DNA of 64,000 bases from Negaprion brevirostris (lineage: Eukaryota). Both the position numbers and the translations under genes were made by a program. Below, piece by piece: positions 12,801-24,800 of this stretch. The stretch covers positions 82,908,845 through 82,972,844 of the forward strand of contig JARDVH010000042.1 of the NCBI GenBank assembly GCA_030324005.1, read 5' to 3'. The notes under the pieces are model-generated. The model ran no database searches. It saw only the letters and a list, made by a program, of their open reading frames with translations, and had not been told where the DNA came from. Numbering within the stretch: position 1 is the stretch's first letter; each line of letters starts with the position of its first letter.

Positions 12801-15800
12801 ATCCTGCTGCCCTTAAACAATGGAACAACATTGGCTGCAAGTGACATCCTGGACAGCCAGTGAGGAAACAGATTTCTGTCAAGGGCCCAGCAGTTTCTGC
12901 CCTTGCCTCCCTCAGTATTCTGGGGTAGATCCTGTTGGGCCCTGGGGACTTATCTACTTTAATGCTTTAAGACACCCCAAAATATTTTTATTTATAGGTA
13001 TGACCTGAAATATCTACACACCCTACCCAAGGCTCCTCACCCATCAAATACCCCTCTTGGTGAATACCAAGGCAAAGTATTCATTTAGAATCTCGTCCAT
13101 TTCCTTGTTCCATGTATAGATTCCCTCTATCCTTGAGTGGACCAGTCTTTTCTCTAACTACCCTCCATCCAAAGGACCACTCTTGTCCTTATCCACGAGC
13201 ACCTTTTTTTAACTTATGGAATTATGATCACTATTCCCAAAAAGCACTCATATCTTCAATCACCTGGCTGATTGGTTTCTGCAGAAACCAATGGCTAGAA
13301 TAATTAATTGAATTGACTAGCAAATGTGTAAATATAAACTGAATATAGCTGGTTGGGTAGGGGGGAGAAATTCCTTTTTTCCATCTCCTAAGCCTCTTTC
13401 TACCAGGCATGCTGCCATTGTGTTATAATGTAGAGCACTTGAGGACATGACATACCATAACATACTGAGTTGGATCTAATCTACAATTACCCTTTAGTAA
13501 TGGCTGCTCTGGAACTTGCTGTTGTCTACACTGTAAATGATGTAACCATTTTTCAAAAAAATACCTGTCCTACCAAGTATTATAGATGGGCAAATATCAA
13601 GGGTTGATCAATGATCCTGAACTGCAATTGCTGCTTTTCTGATGAACCAGAACCCAACTCTATATTGGATGATGCCCTGACACTTGTGATGGAAATTTGG
13701 TGTTTACAAATCCTGATATTTTTATTTTTAAATATGCTTGCATGCTGAATACTTTTGCATGTGCAAGTGTATGCACTTTCAGTTGTTTAGTATTTGGTCT
13801 TGATGCAAAGTAGATGGTGTACAATGAGCAAAATGCTCAACTTGTGATTTAACTTTTTAATAGCAGTATTTTCTAATAGTCATGTGCATTCCTTTAAAAG
13901 TTCAGTTCCACCTTCTATTTTAATTTTCTCATGCAACAAATCCAATGGTATTAATGGTGAGGTGTTGGTAAGCTATTTCAAGAGGATAGCTCAACTTGCT
14001 CATTTCAGTCATCTTTTAGGAGAAGGAGCCATGACTTTTCACTCAGCCTATCCTGAGATTTCCAAGGTGATTTTTCTAGAGGTCTATAACACGCAGGGCA
14101 TAAATAGTCAGCATCTTTTCCTAAAGGTAGGAGAGCCTAAATTATGGACATAAGTTTAAGGGTCCAGAGGAGCAATTTTCATTAGGTGGTGAGTGTCTGA
14201 AATGAGCTGCCAGAGGCAGGTATAATTCTTTTTAAAGCATTTGGATAGTTACATGGGTAAGAGGGATGTGGGTAACTAGCTTAGTGGTTTTAAAAACTGG
14301 GTGGCATGGACAAGTTGGCCCAATGTGTGTATGTCAAGCTCTTCAGTAAATCAAATGTCATCTGATTTTTCAGCTCCTCATCCAACATGTCCACCACATT
14401 ACTTTCCATGTGGTAATGGTAGTTGCATTCCTGCAGACAAGCAATGCAATGGGTTTAAAGACTGCACTGATGGCAGTGATGAGTTGAACTGTAAGAATGG
14501 TAAGTGTCTGTCCACTGGATAAGAGTTAAGTTGCCATTTCCAAGTCACAAACCTGACTTTCTCTGTCCCTAGAATGTACAGGGCCAAATAACTTCAAATG
14601 TCAAAGTGGAGAATGCATAGCTAAAGACCAAGTATGTGATCGGCATCAGGATTGCAAGGACTGGAGTGATGAGCCCCTCAAATATTGTCGTAAGTGTTTT
14701 TATAGCTTTTAATTTGAAAACTAATTTACTCTATTCATCCCAACCATGGTGCTTAAATCTTCCTCTTTCTCCCCCTGCACTGATGAAAGTGTTCCTCTGT
14801 TGTCCAAATCAAGTTTATTCTGCACTTGTCTATACCATTCATCAGAGCATCACCTGGCAATGTATTTTCTTCACTGTGTCACTATCACCTTTTTTTATCC
14901 TTTGGCAATATCTGAAAATATGAAGAATTCACATTGCTGTCTTCCACCCTATCAAGCCCCTACCCTCCCCTTGACCTTGTAATACTCCATCTTGGTAGCT
15001 TTGACCACAACGTGTACTGGTTTAACTACTGTCCTAACATAATATTGCCTCAAGTTCACAACCTTTGCATTCTGTTCAGCCATAAGTAGAATTTCTGATT
15101 TTTGACATTCTTTCCACCACCTGAGCACTTGCTTGCCTTCAGCACTTAATCCTGTATGTCCCTAGTACAATCCATCAGCAGAGTCTTCTCTCTTGCCTTG
15201 TGACATTACAATGCTTGTTCCTCACTCTTGGCACATTCAAAACTCTGCAGCACCATCTTTTGTTCCTGTTCTCACTTATTTTGCATTTGACTTCCTGCTC
15301 CCAACAACAATTTTTGCCTTTTTATAGACTTTGACCCTCCATCATCCTTCCCTTTCTCTAATCTAATCCAGCTCTTTAAAAACAGAATTTTTACATTCCT
15401 GACTTGGTGCGAGCTATCATTTTTGGCAGTGTGGTTACAGCTATGTTAACTGATTTCCTTCCCTGACACCCCCCCACCCCCTCTGCATCAATACTTTTTT
15501 TGGCCTTTATACTATAGTTTAAACCAACTCTTGTCACTTGTCTTATTTTGTCTTATTCTTGCACCACTCCAAGACATGAAATCTTGTTCAATGTATGAAA
15601 TGAATTTTAACATTGACAAACTGGAGATGGTGTGGTTTAAATTATGAACTTCATTATACTGGAGAGTACATTGAGTTTCCACACAACCTAGATTATGGTA
15701 ATTGTTTGGAATGTCAGGACTTGACAAGTGCCATGAACTAAATTTAGATGCACATTTCACAATCCAGGCCATTTCAGACCCCACAAATTGTGTGGGGAGT

Positions 15801-18800
15801 TCCACAATTGGCATAACTTTTAATGTTGAAATGGAGAGTAATTTAACTAAGTTGGCCTGCTTATTACACTCAATTTCCCATGCTGTGAAGTTTAAGTGCC
15901 TTGATTAGAACTAAGCTTCACTTCATGTACTATCTCAGCTGGACTTGAAACCTAAAGTAATGCAGTCATAACATACTCATTCTCAATGAAATTTTCAAAC
16001 TCTTTGGAACCCAGAATTAGTTGCTATTGAGCAGTTTAAATATAGCTGGTCATATACTTAATTATCATTGTTATAAAAATCTTAATGTTCTGTTTGGGTA
16101 ACTTTTTTTTGTTTTACAACACTCCATTTTATATGAAACACATGGGTTTACATAAAATGTCCTTTTTTTTTTTGTAGCACTATATTTAAGCAGTCTGCCA
16201 ACGAATTCAGGACTAAAGATGTCCTGTTTTTCCCCCCCCCCCCCTCACAGAATCATTAAATCAAACTGCAAGTATTCTAGTTCCATATTTATAAAGGTTT
16301 CTCTCTACAGACCTAAACGAATGCTTAGTGAACAATGGAGGTTGTCCTCACATCTGCAGAGATCTTGTGATTGGTTATGAATGTGACTGTCCTGCTGGCT
16401 TTGAGTTGATTAATGGAACAACCTGTGAAGGTAAGTGACTTGCTGACATATAATCTGAGCAAAATCACTTTTTGTGGGGAGAGGATGAAGATGCTCTAAC
16501 TATCCCAATGCCAGGCAAAGGATTTACAACCATCTACATGTTTAGTGGTATTGCCATTGTTTTTTTTTTCATCTTCAACACCCAGACAGTCAACTGACCA
16601 CAAATGCTGTAGCAACTCAAGCAAGTTGAATGTAGGGATTCCATGGTCATTAATTTTAAGGCCTCCACTACACTTTGTATTTTTCTATAGTACACATTAG
16701 CTACTCAAGACCTCCTGGGCAATAGTTTGATTTTTCACTCCACTTGCTGGCATAGCACCTAGGTAATGTGCAAGTCAGAATTATACATGTACCTTCCCCC
16801 TTCACTGGGTTAAAACTGGCACTCCCTACCTAAACATGTTTTTGGGACTACTGTCACTTATGGGTTGCAGTGTTTCAAGAAGGCTGTGCACCAATATTTT
16901 TGTCAAAGGTGGCCGCATTTCAGGTATGTCCTGACAAGGTAGATTACAATTGCACTGATCTCTGGGTAAGCCTCCTGAAGATTGAGGTAGGGACAGTTGC
17001 TTTCTGGAACCATGTATGTATTGATTAGACTCTGATTTTTGAAACCAGCCCAGATTAACTAGTTGGAAGTCTGAGCAAAATTTCTGCCTCATTTGCCTAA
17101 ACTTGAGTATTTGAATTTTTTTATAGATATTGATGAATGTCAGGATCCTGGTGCCTGCAGTCAAATTTGCATTAATATAAACGGAAGCTTTGAATGTGCA
17201 TGCTTTGCAGGATATCGCATGGATGCCACTAATCATGTTTGCAAGGCAGTTGGAGGTAAATGGAACAAAAATGATTTCCCAGCTTGATGTTTAATTTGTT
17301 GAAATGTGGTGCAGCTTTCTTGTACTTGAGTAACTTGTGATATCCCAAGTGGAAATTTGAAGATCTTTGGAAGACCAGGGTAAAGAAATTATCAAAAGTA
17401 GCAAGCATGTTCTTTTTCAGTTTTGTTGCTGCACCTTGGATACATTGCCAAAAGTGGATGGTGAATCTTGCCTCCCTGATTTTGTATATCTTGGAAAAAT
17501 TTGTTATTTCCACTCCTAGCTTGAACACAAAGCTCACTACTACTCATTTTCAGTTAACTCATTGTTAATTTCAATATTAATACTAGACCAAGAAGCTGAG
17601 TATTTGGATCTGAGCCTGTTATTGACATGTGAAGGGTTTTGATAGTGTCATCTCTAATGTGCTTTGTCAACACTGACTTGCCCAGTGTTGCCATTTGGGA
17701 CATGCAGCCTTGGTAAAGCTAGATGGCACTGCATGGAATTTAATCTGAAATTCTGGTTGCCATGAATTTGGGGGCCTTGAGCTGTTTGAGTTAACTTCAG
17801 GCCCTAGATGTAACTGTCCTTAATATGGTCTATTGGGCTGTTTGCTGAGCAAGGAAATTTAGTACACTCTAAACTGTGTAAATACTATCTTTTCCTAGGC
17901 AAAGAGCCTTATTTGATCTTTACTAATCGTCATGACATCCGAAAACTAGGACTGCATCACCACGAGTACACCCAGGTAGCTGCACAGCTGAGAAATGCTG
18001 TTGCATTGGGTGCTGACATTGCTGAACAGAGAATCTTCTGGGCTGACTTGGGGCAGCAAGCAATTTTCAGGTAATGAATCAAGAAGCAATACTGGTGGTT
18101 ACAGTACTGAAACAATTTTTTTGCTAGATGGTACTGTTTTGAGTAAAATATTCTTAACAAAACAAAGCTGACTTTGTTTAACTGCATGAAGGTTTGTCTT
18201 GATCCCATAACTTCAGTTGGAACTAGTCACTGTTAATCTGACTGTCTATATCTGAACTTCAGCTACCCTTATTATAGTATGAATGTTGAAGAGGATTTGA
18301 TACATTTCAACTTCATGGCTTTGGTAGTGAGCATTTCCCAGCTTCTAAAGCTCACATTTAGGCTAGCTGATGTAACAATGGTATTCTTTTCTTTCCTTAG
18401 TATGTTCATGTATGAGAAGAAAAGTAAAACCAGTGTTTCTCAAGTTATTAAGGATGTTGCAATTCCTATGGGGATTGCAGTGGATTGGATCTACAAGCAT
18501 ATTTATTGGACAGATCGTGGTACTAAAACTATCTCTGTGGCTACGTTTAATGGAACTGAAAGAAAGATCCTCTTTGACACGGACTTGGGGGAACCAGCTT
18601 CTGTGGCAGTCAATCCACTAACTGGGTACTGAATTGTTTTTACCTGTCACTGAAGCCACTTGGCACTTGTAAAATACTTCTATAATGTTCAAATCTCTGG
18701 GTTTGTCTTGGGATGGTGAGTGAATTGGGTGTGAAATTGAGAAACTAATCTCTTGTGGAAAAACCAGGGGTGTGAGTGCTTTATATGCAAAAAAAAAAGT

Positions 18801-21800
18801 GCTTGGATCAACTGGATAATTCTCCTCCAGTTTTGAAGTGGAAATTGTTTTTTAGTAACTTCCCATTGATCAAAACTTGACAATACAGGAGGGAACAATA
18901 ACCTTGTTCCTTCAATGAAGGGGGAAAAGTGTAGCAGTCATCAGTGAAGTTTGAGATTTTGCAGGGGGGAAACAATTTGGATGACTATTCTCACTGGTGG
19001 GAGTGCTTTTTCCCCAAAACCCAGACCAGCTGAAGCAGGAGTTGCAAAATGTGCCTCAGTAGAAGGTGTGTTTTTCTGTTCTGCTTTGGAAGTTATTGAA
19101 ACCAACCGTACTAGCATTGGATGCCTGAGTGTTCAGTTCTCTAATATTTAATCTAATTTTCTGGAGTTTGTGATGCAGTGAGCCCTAGTGACCAGGTTGT
19201 GTGGGTGGGTGGTGACTTTGAAGGAGGAGAATAAATACCAAGGCTGGGTCTAGGAGTAGCCCCTAAACAAATACAAAGTTGCTGCCACTGTTTTGAGCTA
19301 ACTTTTTAAATGAGTGACCAGAATTGACCATACAGGGTGCTAGGCAATTATTAAATATTCAGATACAGGGGATTCTAGTGGATCCATGCAGCAAAATCCA
19401 ATAGTAAGCCTGAGAAGGTTCTAGATGAATACATGTGGTTTGAGTAGGAGCTGCTATTGGGTGAGAATGATTCATCCATTAAATGGAGCTGGAATTCTCC
19501 TGGGGGAATTGTCTTAGGTTTTTTTGGCTGAAATTGCTGCCACTTTGCCTGACAAGATCCTTGTATCTACTAATTTGAGATTTCTAATGGAATTGTCTGT
19601 TCTAGTTGAAACCCTATCTGGGTTAGGTTGGCAAATTCACTTGATTTGATCTCTAGGGGGTGTTCATAACAACACCCTCAGTTATACTTCTATGCTAGAG
19701 TATTTAAAATCCATTTGTGTTGAGATTCCTCTTGATGGCCTTTTGACTAATCCTGTCTCCATTGCTTTTCAAAGATTTATTTACTGGTCTGATCTGGGTG
19801 AACCAGCTGTGATAGAAAAAGCAGGAATGAATGGTGTCCATAGGCAACTTCTGGTTACCAGAGAGATCCAGTCACCAAATGGTATTGCACTTGGTAAGTA
19901 GGCAAGTCAATTTTCCCTCTTTTTCCCTTTTTATTGAGCTTGGTTAATAATTCCAATTTTCTTCACAGATCTTGTGAAGAACCAACTCTATTGGGTTGAC
20001 TCAAAACTGCACACATTGTCCAGTGTAGACTTAAATGGACAAGACAGAAGAACAGTCCTTTATTCACATGAATTCCTTGCTCATCCTTGTGCTGTTTCTG
20101 TATTTGAGGTAATGTCATTTAACAATAGCTATATTTTGCTTTGAGTGCACAGTTGGGTTTTTGAGGATATCTACAATTCAGTGATTTATTTTGAATCATT
20201 ACTTGAGAGCAGGTTTGTCTGAATCTCATGGTTATCACAACCCAGTCATATTAGGAAAATTTATCCTGGGCTAAAGTAATTAGCAAGCTGTTCAATATGT
20301 ACCTAGGCAAGAGTCATTCCTTGCTATGCTGCCTTAAACCAAAAGACACTGCTGCAGTGGTATTTTGCATGTTCTATATTTTTGGTCCATTCCCAAGAGC
20401 CCCTAATTTTTGTGGCCTGGATAAGGGTGCCAGTAGGAGCCTGTACCCTGACTGGCTGAGAACCCAGACTGTTGCAAAATGTGGGAGGAGAAGACTGTCT
20501 AACTGACAGCTTTATGATGTAATCTAATTGTGTAATGTTTTGTCAATGGCTTAATTTTTTTGTTAATTTGCCAAGTGCTTGGAGCTTCTGTTTTCAGTAC
20601 TTTAAAAAAAACTTGATAGTCCTAGGGTTGTAGCACCTACAATTGAAAAGAAAACTATGAATTGAGGCTGGAGCCAGAATTGAGTTTGACTTTCACTTTG
20701 TACTGAGACTGGTCTATTCTTGATTGCAAGCTGAGTGGTGCACACTTTGCTATATTATCTAAAGCCATGCTCCAATTGGGCACAATTCAAATTAAGGTGT
20801 ACTTTTTTTTTTTACTATAGCTGACCAATGGTTTAGTAGCAATATTTCTGATTATCCAACATATGGGTGGTGAAATGTTGACAATAGGAGAATTTTCCTA
20901 AAGGACTGAACAGTGGATCAGAATAAATATGATTTAGTATCTTGCTCTGAAATATAAGTTTCAGTACATTGAAGTATCTTGGGCAGAGATGCTCAGGGTT
21001 GAAAGATTGGTAGCACTCTGCTAGCCAGGCTCCTTGTGGGGAGAGGAGAGATGGGATTTATGACCTACATTATAAGCAAGAGATATGAGCAGAATACCAG
21101 ATGTGTAACTCAAATTTTGTTTTTGTTATCTCAACTAATGAGCCACTTTGTCTTTAGGACTTTTTATTGTAGTAGGCACAAGGCATCTTGCAAAGAATGA
21201 CAAGTTATTTCCTGATTGTGTTCCCATTGTTTCAGGATCATGTATTCTGGTNNNNNNNNNNNNNNNNNNNNNNNNNNNNNNNNNNNNNNNNNNNNNNNNN
21301 NNNNNNNNNNNNNNNNNNNNNNNNNNNNNNNNNNNNNNNNNNNNNNNNNNNNNNNNNNNNNNNNNNNNNNNNNNCTGAAACATCTACTTTTAATGTTATT
21401 ACTGGCTTTGCATTTACTCTGTAGGGTAGATGTGCCTAACTGCTAGCACGTGGATTTCCAATAGTTGGAGGTCAGTAAATTCCATTTGTTATAGAATAGT
21501 AATAATTCATCTATAGGTATAGTATGAATATTTTTGCCTTCACAGCAATCATTTTGCCTGCATTTGGATAAGACATTGTGGATATTTTGTTTGTGCACAA
21601 GTCCATGATTTCAATGACTACTGTGGAATTTTGAATGTTTCAAAGTAAATTTGGGTTTTCATTTGATCTTGGGCCACTGGCCTTGATTTGTTTCCAGTAC
21701 TGACAAATTTATTTGGTCTCAACAGGCATAAACTGGTGCAATGAGAAGTTGAAAAACGGAGGCTGTGAATACCTGTGTCTCCCTAGCCCACAGATTAATC

Positions 21801-24800
21801 AGCTGCCAAAATATACTTGTGTGTGTCCATCTGGAATCAAGATGAAGAATGAACACTGTGAATTTGGTAAATATTGGTTTTGGGGTTGGGGTTGCTAAGT
21901 GAGAATGTAACATGTTTAGAGTGTGATTTTGATTTTACAAAATAGATCAAAATCTTCAGACTAGGCAATCACCTTTGCATGAAGGATAGAAAAATTACCC
22001 AAGGCCTTGAGATTGCANNNNNNNNNNAATCTGACTACACACTATCAATCACTAATCTGCATAAAGCCATAGTTGGAATGTCACTATCCTTGCTTTGTGC
22101 ATTAGTTCCAGTAGTTTGTTTTTGTGGTATTTGCTTTTGGTTGCTACTGGTAGTTGATCCAATAGCTAAGTTCAAGTGGGGTGATGAAGTCTGTCTATCT
22201 GAATAGTTGGACATATATGGGAGGCCTCTAGATCTGATATGCATGTCATTTAGAGTAAAAATGCATATTAAGCAAATAGTAAATGCCCTTTTGTAGACAA
22301 GGGGAAGCAGTACACAAGTTCCCCCAAAGGGTTAACTATTTTTTTTGAGAGGGGATAGTATAAAGAAGAAATGTGAAAGGATGCCCAATAAAGTATTCTG
22401 GGAGCACTTATGTTAAGAAAAGTGGAAATAGATGGGCCTGGAATCCCACAGTTACAGAATCAAGGAGTGAGTTGTACATTGTGTGCCAACCCAGAAGTGG
22501 GTGGAGTGCTTTGTATTGGTCAAAGCCAGTATAAGTCAGCAAGAGCTCTCAGACAATAGATCATGTGACAAATCATTTGAAGTTCAGGCTTTATGTAATC
22601 CAGCCCAAATTGCTGCAATCTTAACAGCTAACCCACTGGGAGCAATTGTTTAGTTCATCAGTATTTACCCATCCTTGTCACAATCTGTAGTGGTTTCACC
22701 AATTTGCCTGGTACTTAAAGACATCATGACTGGACATGTTCATTACCCTTTTTTTAAATGAATTTTTCCAGGGTGCACTAAGGAAATAACTGACTCTTCC
22801 CTTTTAGACTCCACTGGTTGCCATTCAGCATCATGGCTAAATGGAGGGGTGAGGGTTCTTGCATACTAAATGTTCAACTTGGCCATGTGTCTTGAATTAG
22901 CAGTANNNNNNNNNNNNNNNNNNNNNNNNNNNNNNNNNNNNNNNNNNNNNNNNNNNNNNNNNNNNNNNNNNNNNNNNNNNNNNNNNNGCGATGCTGACTG
23001 CACAGATGGATCTGATGAAGCCCCAGATGCCTGTTCTAAATATCTTATGTTGGCAGTTCAACTGCAAAGGTCAATCACCTTTCTTGGGCAGAAAATACTA
23101 GTACAGCTTCCACAACTAGTTTACTTTGCATTTGACTGGGACTTTAACTTGATCTGCTAATCTCTTATGAAAGTGCCATCGGCAGTACACTGCCAAATCT
23201 GTTGGCTGCACTGAATTTTACCTATTGGACTCCTAACTCTTCTTGGTCAAACAGTTGAATTGTTAGCACACTTGTAATTTAATGGGCAGAAAGGTGGATG
23301 CAAACATTAAAATTTATTTTGTTTGTAAATTACCTCACTAGATCAGGTGAAAAAAGGTGGTAATGAGGAATCGATGGGAGCTGAAACTGGACAGCATATA
23401 AAATGCAAACTGATTCACTACCTAATTTTAACTAGTAGCAAATCAACAGCCATGGTGCTGGCCTAAAGTGTTAATGTTGCATGACCAAAGTTAGTTCTGG
23501 TATAAATGGATGGGTATGTTGTGCTCTAGCACAAGTCTGGGTCTATACATGCTTCTGCATACTCAGATGTGGTGTCTTTGACTACCTTGGAGCAAATCCT
23601 TTATACTGTAGTTAATCTGTTTGAGGAATGAAATTATGGAATAGCTGTTTATTTTAAAACCTTCTATTTCAGACACCAGAATCTGTCATATGAATGAAAT
23701 CAGCTGTGGCCCTGGATCTCTTCAGTGTATTCCTGCAAATTGGAAATGTGATGGAGAAAAGGACTGTACAAGTGGCAGTGATGAAGAGAACTGTGGTAGG
23801 TTTATAATGGCAAGATTTAAACTTGGTCTGCAAGCAGTCAAATAGTCCAGGGAAGGTGGCAAAGAGAATGCAATGAAGTTGCTGTGAAAATTCCCCCTAG
23901 CCACTACACTGTGTACTTGAACAGGCACCACTGAGGGAGAATTTAGCATGGCCAATGTCAGTCGATATGGTTTGAATTTTAATTGAAGGTAGGCTTGAAC
24001 TCAATTGTAGCTCAGGCTAGTGCTTGGTTCTGGCAATGAAAATGCCAATCTTTGAGAAGTTAGTTGGTAAATTTTGATGCTAGTCATTTTGTCAAATGCT
24101 CAGACTTTGCAGGTAAACACGTCAATACTAATCTATATCTCCTGCTGTCAGATCCTCTTGGAAAAGCAGTGTCTGTTGGCTGAAATAATTCATTATCTGA
24201 AATAAGAGCAATTTTTTTTTTACTCCAACTAAATCCATTTTTGGTTGATTGGTGTTCTTCTACCACTGGAGAATCCTCCTGGTCTGGCAGCATCTGAAGA
24301 AACAGTTCCAGTCAGAACTAGTGAAATGTCACAATTGAAACACACTCTGGAGAGAAGCACAGACCTGCTGACATTCTGATATTTTGCTTTTGAATTCATG
24401 ATGAACTTTTGGATGCATTATGGAATGAGTGATAAACATTAAACTAACACTATATACAAATAACATTTTTCAGGCAATCTTACTTGCAGTCCCAGGGAGT
24501 TTACTTGCTCCAGTGGCAATTGTGTTTCCAGAGCATTTCTCTGCAATGGGGAAGATGACTGCAGTGATGGAAGTGATGAAAGGGACTGTGCTCCATCTAT
24601 TTGTCACCCACATGAGTTCCAGTGCAATAATTCTCAGTGCATTCCCTTGGATTGGGTGTGTGACAGCAATGCTGATTGTGCTGATCAGTCTGATGAATCT
24701 CCAGACCGCTGTGGACACATCAGTCTTCCTCCTGTGACTTGTGCACCTGGTGATGTTCCATGTAATTCTGGTGAATGCATTCACAGTAAATGGCACTGTG

